This document shows positions 36,708 to 48,659 of a stretch of DNA of 64,000 bases, in pieces (within the stretch, counting starts at the first letter, position 1; each line of letters opens with the position of its first letter). A program made the translations under genes and the position numbers. Source of the stretch: Podarcis muralis (taxonomy: Eukaryota); the NCBI RefSeq assembly GCF_964188315.1, contig NC_135669.1, positions 16,244,001 to 16,308,000 on the forward strand. Direction: 5' to 3'. The notes below the pieces were generated by a model. The model was not told the DNA's origin. It was given only the letters and a program-made list of their open reading frames with translations, and did no database searches.

Positions 36708-37092
36708 AGCTTCATTGACTGTGAACCCCAAAATTTGCAGTGCCAAAGTTTTGTAGCGTTCTGCAGAGCAAACCCCATGTTTTGCAGCAACCGAGCTCAA
36801 ACTGGGGAGGGTCATAGGTATCATCCCAAAACTCAACATAGTCTGGTTCACTTCAAACCGGTGCCAAAGTTTTGAATTGTTTTGTAGTGCAAACCCCACA
36901 TTTTGTAGGACCTCCCCAAACTGAGGAATTGATACTTCAAAGCAGGGTTCATATTTAACACCCCCAAACCCAACACGGTCCAATTTACTGCAAAATGTGG
37001 GGGTTTTGCACTACAAAATGATGCAAAACTATTACAAAACTTTGGCACCAGTTTGGAGATCCCAAATCTTGGGGTTCATAGTTAATGAAGCT
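36708..37092. mobile_element. Foldback-like element with ~30-bp TIRs and internal subrepeats
   Basis: agcttcattgactgtgaaccccaaaatttg is matched by the reverse complement of the right end; gtgccaaagttttg...gcaaacccca..ttttg modules recur internally in both orientations. Confidence 0.6.
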
Positions 37093-37422
37093 CACTCTAA
37101 AATTGTGATTCCTGGCAACTGGTATTATTCAGAGGCATTTACTGCCTCAGGGGGTAGCATGCAGCCATCGTGACTAAGAGTCATTTGTGGCCTTAATATG
37201 CAATCCTAACTCTGCACCCACTGCTCACTTTAGGAAAGAGAGACAGTTCTCCTAGGAAAACCCAAGCCATCTCCTATCCCTCACATGGCTGGCTGGTAGC
37301 AGCAATAAACACACCCAGGAGACCCCTAAATTTGTTGATCCAGGATGGTCACCCCAAGAGTTTGCACAGACGAAACAGAGAGACGAACAGTTAGCAAGTT
37401 TTATTCTATTGTAAACAACACA

Positions 37423-38225
37423 CTAACACAAGGCCGCATTGGAAGAGTTTGAAACCACTGTTACGCGTTTCTCAAGGTCCGCTAGCTTGCTTTTCAGCTC
37501 CCTGTTTTCTTTATGTACTTGTTGTAAATGCTTTCCTTGTATCTGGTTCTTCCTCTCCAAGGAGGTAATGCTGCCTCGGAGAGTATCGACCTTGGCCACC
37601 ATCTCTTCTAATTGTTTCATCAGTTTAGCCATTTCTTTGGTGGTTTCGTTAACTTTCTGGTCAACGTCTTCTGGGTCCTGGTGTGGTTGCATTGTGTGAC
37701 TGTTTCCTTGGGCCATGGCGGTCTCTGTGGTTTCGGTATCCCCCTTGGTTGTGGCCATTTTGGCTTTCCCGTCGATCCCTCTTTCGGGTTGTGTGGTGTG
37801 GCTTTTGGCGGTAGGGGTTCTGCAGGTCTCTTGCCGTTGTGTCTTGCTTTCACCTTACCTACCCCTCGCTGTTGCGTCTGGGCTGTGGGTCTTAAATGTT
37901 GCAGTCGATGATTTTGGTGAGCCTCTTTCCTTTTACTATGCCCTTGTTTCGCTCTTGCTTCCCTAAGGACAGCTGACCTCCCAGGAGCAGGTTGGTTGGT
38001 TGAAGGGCTTCTCTCGGACCGCAGTGGCTGACTGAATGCCCTGGAGGCAGAATGATGGACAGACAAACAATCAGACAGAAGGACAAACATGCAAGCATAC
38101 AAGAGACAAGTAAAAATGTACAGGGCACAGCCGTAGCTGGGTGATCTTGCGCCCGTGGCAGAACCATCCAGATTGTGCCCCCTAGCCACGGACAAATTAG
38201 CTCTTCTTTCCGCCTCTCCTCCACC
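37423..38225 (-). mobile_element. LINE 5' UTR plus ORF1 N-terminal coiled-coil fragment
   Basis: ORF 37423-37758 (MATTKG...EMAKLMKQLEEMVAKVDTLRGSITSLERKN...LKSKLADLEKR) has a heptad coiled-coil pattern typical of LINE ORF1. Confidence 0.5.
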
Positions 38226-38699
38226 CATTCAATTCACCCTCTATTAAAAACCTTTTCTTATGATGCAATAAATGATATTTTTATTTACAGACATATCTAT
38301 GGACATATTTTAAGCCAGTTTTGCACACACACCCCTCGCCTGCGCCACTCGCAGGGGCTCACTTCACTACCCCCTAGCTATGGCCCTGGTACAGGGGGAA
38401 GGAAAAGGGGGAAACAGATGGGTTGTGGTAGGGGATTGTGTGTGTGTAAAATATTGAAGTAAGAAGAAAAATGAAGATGTGCAAATAAAAAGTATAAGGA
38501 TAAGAATTTAAAGATGAAGGTCAAAAATCAAGGCAGAGAGTTAAGTTTAAAAATGGAAGGTGAAGTTAAAAATTTAAAGTCAAAAATCAAAAATCAGAAT
38601 GAAGATTCAAGTTAAAATGTGAAATAAAGCACACATATACCCACCCAAAAGAATGGGGGGGGGGCGAAAGTTACAAATTTAAGAACTGTTCGGCCTCCC

Positions 38700-39738
38700 T
38701 GGCTGAATTTTGTCCTGGTTTATTCTGCTGCATAACTAACATATCTTTCCCGTCTCCCTGGTGTGGTGGGAAGGGTGGGGAATGCAAATATTGATAATAA
38801 TTATAATAATGGTGATAAAATTAATAAGAAAAGAAAAAAGGGGGAAAGGAGAAAGCAATGATAGTAGTAGTAATATTTTTAAAAATTTAAAAAGCGTGCA
38901 GGGGTAATGATTAAGGAATAAACGTAAGACTAGAGTAAAAATAAGGAAAACTGATAAAAAGGAAAGGGGGAATTGCCCCTCTAAAGAAAGCATTTTTTTA
39001 AAAAAATTATCTGTTTGTTTATTTCTGAAAGTCTCCGTTGGAGCGCACCAACCTGAGGATGGTTTTCACAGCGTTTGGAAACTCACGAAGCTTGGAGATC
39101 GGTAGCGTCCGCAGGAGGGAGCCTTTGTCGGCTCAGGCCTCCTCCGTGGGCGCCACCATTCTCCGTCTCCTCCGCGCTCACCCAGTCCAAAGCGGACCGG
39201 CTGGGCTTGCGGGGTCCCGATCCGCGGTAGCGGGCTCCGCAGACCCAGCTGGCCGAGGGTCAAAGCGACAGCAGTGGTTTCAGGGAGGCAGCGCCAGAAG
39301 CCGCCGCGCTCCTTCTCCTGCTCCTCGCGGTCCCGGCTCTCCGGTGGCGCAATCGCTGCGTCCCTCTCTCCAAAATGCGGCTAGAGTCGCTGGCGACTCG
39401 GGACCCGGGTCTGAACCTGGGTCTCCCCTTTGTTGGGCGGGGGGGGGGAGATCCGGGGCCGGAGCGAAATGTGGGGATGATCTCCCCGCTTCTCCTCTCC
39501 TCCCGTGTTTTGCTTGGGGTCTGCTCTAAAGCAGAGCGCATGGCCGGGCTCCCTCCCCGCTTCTCCCGGCGTTCAGCTGCTCCCCTACCTCCCCTTCTGC
39601 CTTTGAAGGTTGGATGGAGCTTCACCTTTTCTCCAACCCGAAGGTTTAGGGTCTCCTCCGTCTGGTTCCGAACTCCTGCGTCTGGATCAGCCCTGGGAGA
39701 GATGGCTCCCCCTAATTCGCCATCTTTCCCGGAAGTCC
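38700..39738 (-). mobile_element. L1-like 5' UTR (3'-truncated)
   Basis: Begins GGACTTCCGGGAAAGATGGCG (YY1-type start of L1 elements), with a CpG-rich then T-rich UTR. Confidence 0.5.
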
Positions 39739-39984
39739 AACCACTGCAAAGAGTTACCGCTCATTCTAAAGCATTCCCGGGAGGAACACAAAGGAAAACT
39801 AGGAGATGTGGTCAGGCAAAAAAAAAAAAGGGGGGGGGTTGTTGGCTGGGAGGAGGAAATTTGGCTGGAGTGCTGAAAGGGTTACTTGCTCTAGGAAGAG
39901 AAGGGGAGGTTTGCAGAGGAGGAAGGGGGTTGGGTAAGGGGTCTAGGGAAGGTTTGGGGGCAAGAATCGGAAGAAAGCAACTGG

Positions 39985-40095
39985 AAGAGTTTGGGGCATG
40001 GAGGTTTTTAAGCAGAGGTTTGGATGGCCATCTGTCATGGATGCTTTAGCTGAGATCCCTGCACCGCAGGGGGTTGGACTAGATGATCCATGGGT
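39985..40095 (+). mobile_element. CR1 3' end
   Basis: ggaggtttttaagcagagg..tggatggccatctgtc...gcagggggttggactagatga. Confidence 0.65.
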
Positions 40096-40620
40096 GTCCC
40101 ACCCGATGGGACTGAAACCTGAATACAGGGGAAGAAGGGAGAGAGTGAGGGGTTTGCCTGCTGATGGGCTTGCCAGGGAAGAGAGAGGGGAGTGAGCCTG
40201 AACACCTGCAAGTATTTATTTGAGGATTTTTAGTATTTGTTGATCAAAAGATTCCTAGCTGGGAAAGGCACCAGCTTTTATGCCCAAGCTGGGCTCAAAA
40301 TAATAGGAATAGTTATGTCTTTCTGGCAGTGTATGCAGACTCTCCAAAGTGTCCCTATTTTCCAGGGATGTTCCTGATTTAGAGAAGACGTCCCGGTTTC
40401 TGATATGATCCTGGAATGCCCCACTTTTCCTTAGGATGCCCCTATTTTCATTGAAGAAATGTTGGAGGGTATGGAGTTATCCAACCCCTGAGCCATTTGA
40501 AGGCAATCCCTGTATAGGGAAGGTTTTTTATTGTTCAATGTTCTATTATATTTTTATATACATGCTGGAAGCTGCCCAGAGTGGTCGGGGCAATCCAGTA
40601 CGATGTGTGGGGTATAAATA

Positions 40621-41291
40621 GTAAAAGAAGAATTCTAAGGTCTCAAATATAGAATAGATGTTCATAAATGTACCAGGCAAACACATACATAAGCATCTAA
40701 ACCATGTGTCTGAAATAGTACAGGAGAGCAATCCTGAAACCATTTTGGGTCTCCCAAATTGACCTCAAATATTTCTCTGTGAGGAGGAAGGAAATGGGCA
40801 AAGCTTTCCAATTGTCTTTGGACTTTCCAATTGTCTTTTTACACCTCCCTGCAAATACAGTCTGTTAAGCTGAGCAAACTATCAATACGCAGAAGAGATT
40901 CAGGAACTAAAGCATTTTCCATCTCAAAGGAATGGCCAGGCCACCCAGAAAAGGCAATCAAGTAAGTCATTATCAGGTATCCTGGCCAGGAGAGAATCAA
41001 TCCTCTCAGATTTCTGCTGGAGACCACCTCCTTCCGTGATGTTTTCGGGGGTGGTCTTGGGCTACAGGGTGGGCAATTTCAAAAGTTTATAGGGGCTTGC
41101 GCACCATTGTTCTGGGTCTCTCCTACCTTCTTGCAAGGAGGGGAAGGAACTCTGTTGCAACAGAAAAATAAAGATCTGCCTTGCTTTCTATGGATCTTGC
41201 CTCCATCCATTCATCTCTGACTGATCATGGACTGATCAGTCCCTTGGGGAGTTGGGAAGCAAAAGCCAAACCCCCTGTTTTTTCTATAACA
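40621..41291 (+). mobile_element. Solo LTR, ERV/Gypsy-type (family related to 42329-43026)
   Basis: Clear similarity by eye to the reverse complement of 42329-43026, TATA-like TTTATAG at 41086, AATAAA at 41167-41172, ends in ACA. The 5' TG and TSD are not evident. Confidence 0.65.
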
Positions 41292-42328
41292 CCTGCAATA
41301 AATAAAGAATCCTTGGGGTAAATTCCCTCACCTTTTTTCCAGGGAAAAAAAAGCACTGGCAAAAAATCCCCACACTTTGAACAGTTTTATCTTATGTGAT
41401 CTTATGTTTTGTTTTCTTTTTTGCAAGATCACACACCACCAGAGGTCCTCCTGCAGCCCTCTCAGCAACAGCCCTACAGACTCGGCTGCTGAACTACAAC
41501 TCCCAACATCCCTTGCAGCAGGTATTGCCCTGCCGGATTAGAAATGCAATCCAGCCACAGCTAAGGACTCCAAACTAACACAGAGGCCAACAGCTACTGA
41601 AACAGATGGGCTCAGCCCAGGGCAGGGAGGCCCCCAGCAGAATCCTTGGGGTGGGAGCAAGGAGCACCCAACCCAGGGGGCAAGGAGGACAGCTGGACAC
41701 AATATGGGTAACAGGGAGGCGTTGCCACAGAGTGGGTGCCAAACCTATAAGGGGCTGTCAAAAGGGGATCTCCCATTGCCACAGAAGTGGCAGGTCCTAC
41801 AGTCACAATTCCAGCCATGTAACAGGGAACACACACACACCCCGCCAAAGGGTCTCCTGGGGAAAGGGCTCAGGCCCAGGGCTAGGGAGGGTATTGCAGC
41901 TATTGGTCAGGGATAGCATTTTGTGTGCTCTGCCTTCCTATCCCCACTTGTGTTCACAAGCCTTCCTATAAATCAGAGTCCAAGGGCTCTGTGGTTTGAT
42001 GGGAGCTCAAATGAGGAAATTGGCATGTATCTGGAGAGCCCACAGATACTCAATGGGTGGCCTCTGATGCAATCCTGCTCAAGAGGAGACCCACTAGAAT
42101 TAATTGGAAAGGTTGGCTTGGGCTCATACATTTCCCTGCGTCTGCTCTGCGTCATTGGCGACATCCCAATATTTCTGGCACGATGCAGCAGGCTGACTTG
42201 AGGAAACTGAGGCAAGGCTTGCACTAGCCTCAGAGGAGACCTTGGGCCAGAGTTCGTTTGGGCTGCTTTCTTTTCTGTCCTTGTCCCAAAGTACTCCTTT
42301 CCTCCACAGTCGGCAGCCTTTTGGGCTC

Positions 42329-43026
42329 TGTAATAAACAAATATCTGCCCTTATTCCCTTATGGAGGACACAAGAGCCCTTTTAGAGTCCTTTGCAGGTT
42401 CTCCATCGGTCGGAGAAAATAACAGAGGCCAGCCAGAGAATATTGAGAAGCAAAGCAGCTAGTAAGCCTGATCTTTACTGAACTGTTGCAACAGGGTGCC
42501 CCCTTCACACGCAGGAGGAGGAGGAGGACCCAGAACAAAAGTGTGTCAGCCCTTATATAGACATTTTTAATTGCCCGCCTTGGAGTCCAAGACCACCCCC
42601 AGAAACATACCTACATCACAGAAGAGGTGTGGCTCAAGAGAAATCTGAGTACGTTATTTACCTCCTGTCGGTTGTTTATCTCCTGTCTGGTGGGTTACCT
42701 GTTAATGCTTACTTGTTGGATACCCTGGGGAGCCTGGCCAATCTTTTGTAATGATAAATACTTCCTGAGCCAGGTCACAGGCTCACCCTATTCATACACA
42801 GATATACCCTTAAGACAGGTTTTGTGAATGAAAAGACAATGGGGAGGCTTTTCCATTTTCCTTTGACCTTGCAGAGCAAACTTTTGGTCAGTCTGGGAGC
42901 CAAAATGGTTCCAGGGCTGTTTTCCTGTTCTGCTTCAGACATGTGGTTTATATATTTATGTACGTGTTTGCTTGGTACATTTATGAACATTTATTATATA
43001 TATAAGACCTTAATTTTTTTATTTCA
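42329..43026 (-). mobile_element. Solo LTR (698 bp)
   Basis: TG...CA termini, 4-bp TSD GCTC, minus-strand TATATAA at 42553-42559 and variant poly(A) AGTAAA at 42474-42479. Confidence 0.8.
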
Positions 43027-43350
43027 GCTCCATGTCAGGAGAGCTGTAGTAGGCAAGCCTTTTACTGCACCACCACCACCACCGCCGCCCGCCCTTTACG
43101 CTTCTGCACTTCCTGGCAGGGCTTGTGTGTCGCAGACACTTCAAGCTGCTCCAAGGATGTTGCAGTGGAAACTCTGAGTGTCTTCAGTCTCTCTTTGCTG
43201 AAAGACTTGCCAAGACTCCTACTCAGTGATTCCAGGACACCCCAAAAGCATACCTTCCCTTTCCCTTTACAGGAGTAAACAAGGTGGCACGAATTGGATG
43301 GGAGAAGTCTAATTAAGCAAGAGCCAGGAGATAGCTGGAAACGGAGAAGG

Positions 43351-46300
43351 ATGCACCTGGGAGTCTGTCTCGCAGCCTTGGGTCTTGTCCTCCCTTTGTG
43401 TAAGTACACCTGGTTTGTTGTGGTGGGAGGGCTGGATTGGGTGGGAGGACATCAGAAGGACACACATCACCTTGCTGGGTCAAAAGGGCCCTCCAAGGTC
43501 CATCTAGGCCTCGGTTCCTAGCGGTGGCCACCAAAGGGAACCTGGAAGCCCACAAACTGGGCACGAAGGCAATGCCCTCCTCTGCTACCATGGTGGCCCA
43601 TTTGGGTTACATCAGAGCAGCCAATCCAAGAGTTTGCCCCTCGCTGATGATGCTGAAAGAGGTTCCCCTAACACCACAGGAAACTCCCAGACCATTGCTG
43701 TGGTGCAGTGGATCAGTGCATCTGACTATCAACCAAAACATTGGTGGTTCGAGCCCACCCAAGAATGGCTGTGGGCAGGATTCCTGCATTGCAGAGGGTT
43801 GAACTAGATGACCGTAGGGGTCCCATCCTGCTCTACAGTTCTCTGATTCTATACATGCAGCCAGGGGGCTGTAGGGACAGGCAGGTAACCTGGAACTCAT
43901 TTAAAGCGAGGGTTTGGTAGCACCTCTGCAGATGCTGCAGGAGCCATTGTGCCAAAGGGCCTTGAAGAACGGTCCTTGCTAAAATTCCACCCAAGAAGCA
44001 CTTTTAAGGGGCTGAGCAGGAGGATCACAGGTTTCGGGATGACGTCTCCTCCTCCTCCTCCATGCTTCAGCCAGCTCTGTTGAGGGAGAGATGATTGGGG
44101 CACTAGGGAGGGGCCCTGGTAGACGGTGCCAGGGCTATCTGCAGGCGGCTTCCAAGTGTTTCCAGCCATAGGTGGTTTGGGGCACTGGGGCTTAAAATAT
44201 GCCAGGAAAAGGACACAGGCACTGAGTGAACTGGGAAATGTCCCCACCCCCATCAAGCTCAAGAGCATGTTTACATGGATCAGGCTATCCCTGGGCAGGT
44301 GAGGCCCTGAATCCTTTGAAAATCAACCCAGCAGTAGCAGCAGAGCTGGATTCCTCACAGCTTCCTTGCAGACACTAATCCTGGGGATATTAACTTCCAC
44401 ATTTCTCTTGCATAGCTTGACCCCCATCTTGGCCCTGCTGCAGATTGGGGCTAGGCCCCCGCCCACATACCTAACACAGACCCCACCCTCCAGGTACTTG
44501 TCCCTATTTTCCAGGGACAGTCCCAGATTTACAGAAGCCATTCCAGTTTCTGATTTGATCCCAGAATGTCCAGCTTCCCCCTTAAAGGTAAAGGTAAAGG
44601 GACCCCTGTGAAGTCCAGTCGCGGACAACTCAAGGGTTGCAGCGCTCATCTCGCTTTACTGGCCGAGGGAGCCAGCGTACAGCTTCTGGGTCATGTGGCC
44701 AGCATGACTAAGCCGCTTCTGGCAAACCAGAGAAGCACACGGAAATGCCGTTTACCTTCCCGCTGGAGCAGTACCTATTTATCTACTTGCACTTTGACAT
44801 GCTTTTGAACTGCTAAGTTGGCAGGAGCAGGGACTGAGCAACGGGAGCTCACTCTGTTGCGGGGATTCGAACCTCCAACCTTCTGATCGGCAAGCCCTAG
44901 GCTATGTGGTTTAGACCACAGCGCCACCCGTGATGCCCCTATTTTCACTGGAGAAATGTTGGAGGGTATGGAGTGATGCGACCACCAAGCCAAGGAGATA
45001 CATAACTATACAACCTTTAGAAGACATGTGAAGGCAGCCCTGTATAGGGAAGGGTTTTTAAAATTGTTTAATGTTTTATTATGTTTTATATATGTTGGAA
45101 GCTGCCCAGAGTGGCTGGGGCAACCCAGTCAAATGGGCAGGGTAGAGATAATAACAATAATAGAATAGATGTCCCTTTTTTCATTGGTGAAATATTGGAA
45201 GGTATGCTAACTAGAGGGGAGGGGGCATTGTGCTTGTTTCCATAATTTCTATCCCGCAGCTTCAACATAATTTCTGCTGTTAAATGTTCTAATTCAAAAG
45301 TATATGAAACAAAACATCCTAACCGATGTTCCTGACAAAAACAGCTGTGGTCCGTTCAAATAAAAACTCCTATGAGTTAAAAGCATGAGTCTTATTATCT
45401 CTTAAATGCCCTGGTAGAGAGAGAACTGTCACAGATGGGAGAAGCTGTTGTTACTTTCCCCTTAGCTCTGCTCCCCCCACTACGTTCCACATGAAGGGCC
45501 CCCCCCCACTGCCCTTGGCATGAGAGGTCCTGAAACAGAGAGAACCAAAGGTTTCTAAAGACCTTGGACAAGGCTTTTCCGAGGGGCTGGTGAATTAAGT
45601 CAGAGCTCTTTCTCAGCCAGAGGCACCAAGGAAAGGGCAGAGTGGAGACTTTTTTACCCTAGCCTTGTGGTCACCTGTCTTTTCTTCTGTTCTCCAGCCT
45701 CATCTTCTGAATCGCACAAAGTGGGCATCTCTGGGCGCCGCGTGACTGTCACCTGCCCTCTAGAAAATGCCAATTGGAAACTGGTCAATAAAAAGAATGG
45801 AAATTATAATGTCACCGAAGAAAATGAAATCTTGACCATTGAAGCCATGAACAACATGGAAGTGGTCAAGGGTGACTTCACCTGTCAGAATGGCACGGCA
45901 TCCCGCAAGATTTATCTGCAAATCAAAGGTCAGTGCTCAAGTTTGAGGTTCTGGTGCTAGAAATCCTCTGCGTTCTTCAGGCAAGAGCTACTGTGAGGGT
46001 TGACTATGCTCCAACCCCAGTATGCCTCTGAATAATACCAGTCGGTGGAATCGAAAGGGGGGGGGGAGAGAAGAGTGCTGTCCCGCTCTTCTCCTGCTTG
46101 CAGGCTTTGTTTTGGGGCATCTCATTGGCTGCTGTGACACTGGGCTAGCTGGTCCACCTTTGGCTTGACCCAGCTGCAGGGCTCCTCTGATGTGGGAGCT
46201 GGAGGGATCCAAGGGAGATGCAAAGAGCTTCTCCTCCTCCTGTGCCAGAAGCCAAGTCTGGGGTATCCATTCCCTGACCTTGCAAACAAAGCCTGGCCCT

Positions 46301-47824
46301 AGCAGACTTGGATAAAACTGGAGGAAGCAGTGAGATCTTTCTCCAGAGCCAGATTGTTCCAGGACATCCCAATACACTTTGCTGTCTGCAGTGAAGGACA
46401 AGACAAATCCCACCCACCCCCTTGTATGTATAGGAGCATCTACAGGCTGGAGGGCAGCTCTATGCAGAGCTCCTCTGCTGGACCGGAGCACAACAGAGCT
46501 TCCTCGCATGATGGCTCAGCACTACCAGGCTGCCCAATCCACCAGGGGATGCAACATTTTACCCACCAGGCGCCAGCAACCTATGCTATGCCACTGGCTC
46601 TGTGCACGTTGGTCAATAAAATATGGGCCCTTCCTTGCCCCATGCTGCCTAATTGTAGGGCTGGCCCAGTTTCCATGGCTTGACTCTCTTGCTCTCCTGG
46701 GCAGCCTGTGATGACTGCATGGAGCTGAGCATCGGGCTGGTGGCCGGCATCGTCGTTGCTGACCTGCTCATTACCCTGGGGATCATGTTCCTGGTCTACT
46801 ACTGCAGCAGCAAGAAGCCTGCCACCAGCTTTGGTGGTGGGGCCACAGGGGGAGGCGCCCGCGGACGGACACGAGGTGAGTACTCTTGTGGTACACCAGG
46901 GCTCTCCACAGGGGTGCCTTCGGCTTCCTCTGTTGTCCCACAGAGAAAATTGGAAGTCATCTAAGCTGGGGTTGGATTGGTAAATGAATGCCGAGCATAT
47001 ATGGCTCCCATCTGGAGCTGGAGGCGGGGAGGGTTGCAGATTTGGTAGCAAGGGTGGGTTCTGGTACGCCCACAGCTTAAGAATTTGGGAGACCTGAAGG
47101 CTCCTCTGGGTGTTGCTGGGATGGGATCAGCTGGTTCAGGGCTTGCTTCAAGGGGTGAACTGGAGGAGAAACCAGCTGGCTGGCTGGCTAGACCCCAGCA
47201 GGGATCCTGATTGGCCCAGCCCAGAGGTCATAGCAGCAGCAGTTGCTCTGGGGTGGGGTGGGGTGGGGTGGGGGGACTTTACAGCCCCATCGTTCTGACA
47301 CAAAGTAGTTCAGCTAAAGCACCCAGGAGTTCCTTGTATGTGCGGACAGGGGCTGATGCCCCATGCTTAACCGCCCTGCAATAACCACCTCCAATTCTTG
47401 GCTGTGCTAACAAATACCCACTTTGCATTGTCTTCCAGGCCAAAAGGTGGACCGCCCCCCACCTGTCCCAAACCCAGACTATGAGGTAAGCACAGCAGAG
47501 GGTGGCTGCCAGGGGCTGGGAGGGAGAGTCTATGGAGGGCGGCCAAAGAACCTGGAACCTGATCACCATCGGCACTGGGAGGGCCAAGGGCTAGACTGGG
47601 CACACCTGGCAGGAAGGCCCCGCAGCCCTCTGGGGGCAGCTGCTTACTCACCTGAGGCAACCAGGCCCTGCTTGCTGGTGACCCCCATGGCCTCTCCAGG
47701 GAGAGACAGAAATGGCCCCATCACAGAAGGACCTTTGGTGAGTAACCTCTCCTCTTTATTCCAACAGCCCATCCGGAAAGGCCAGCGGGAGGTGTATGCT
47801 GGGCTGGAGCCCAGGGCCTTCTGA
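43351..47824 (+). CDS. CD3E: T-cell surface glycoprotein CD3 epsilon; located coding exons 43351-43399, 45698-45928, 46705-46875, 47439-47485, 47768-47824 (possible micro-exons between the first two not resolved)
   Basis: Signal exon MHLGVCLAALGLVLPL (49 nt), Ig exon (VTVTCP...DFTCQ...IYLQIK), CDDC motif, TM with Asp (GIVVADLLITLG), proline-rich RPPPVPNPDYE, ITAM YEPI...YAGL and C-terminal EPRAF*. All junctions are GT-AG. Confidence 0.96.
43700..43850 (+). mobile_element. tRNA-derived SINE with CR1-type tail
   Basis: B box ggttcgagccc followed by gattcctgcattgcagagggttgaactagatgacc. Confidence 0.6.
44584..44932 (-). mobile_element. Sauria SINE in CD3E intron
   Basis: Reverse-complement homologue of 34375-34718, starting with the (AAAGGT)n tail. 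Confidence 0.9.
47250..47275 (+). repeat. (GGGGT)n tract, G-quadruplex-capable, in CD3E intron
   Basis: Five consecutive G-runs with 1-nt loops. Confidence 0.8.
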
Positions 47825-48653
47825 GACACACCACAGTCTCTGTGTGGAGCTGCAGTGCCACGAAACCTTATTGTTGCTGATCTCCCTTTGCCACCAGCAG
47901 CTTCCCTTGGTGGCAGGTGGGTCGCCACACACCTCTCCCTGAGTCTCACAGCCTGGAAAACCACCCTCCTTCTCTGCAGCTCAGTCCACTCCCTTCAATG
48001 GGTCCAGGTGCGCCTCCGATGGGGTCCTTCCCAGCTCCTTGATGGCCCAGTAGAAGAGCCTCCTTCTGGGTCAGACAATCGTCGTATCCAAGCCATGCCT
48101 GGAGCAACTTTAGCCCTGCACTGCAGAGAAGGATGTGGGGCACAGAGAGCTGGGACAAGTCACAGGGACTGGGAAGGGTGCTATGGGCTTAGGGTCATAG
48201 GCCCACCTGGGCTTGCACTGTGAATGGTGTTCCAACTCTGAGCCAGCTCAGATTCTCCCGATTCCTCCTCTCCAGCCACACACCTGGGCAGGAGCTGGTT
48301 GCTGGGCTATGTAGGTGGGGGAGAAATGCTGGGCAGAGAGGCTTGTCCCATTGTAGAGCCTTAACTATGAGGGCTGACAGAAGCCAAGCCCTGTTCTAAG
48401 GCATCTCCCCTTTGTTCATTCATCAGTCCTGGCCCACCTTTAAGCCTCTTTGTAGTCTGGTCCCCACCCCACCCCAAAAGTGCTCCTGTGACCCAGGGAG
48501 GATGGTCGGTCCTGATTAAATAATCTAAGCTGACTTCTCTGCTGCCCTTCTCTCACCCAGCCATGCTGTGTTTGGGCACCACAGCAGATGCGCTGACCCC
48601 TTGGGGGACAGAACTGTATGTATTTTGTTTTGGTTGTGTTTGCAAGGAATTCT

Positions 48654-48659
48654 AATAAA
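48654..48659 (+). promoter_or_regulatory. Candidate poly(A) signal of CD3E
   Basis: AATAAA about 830 nt after the stop, preceded by a U/GU-rich stretch. Confidence 0.6.
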
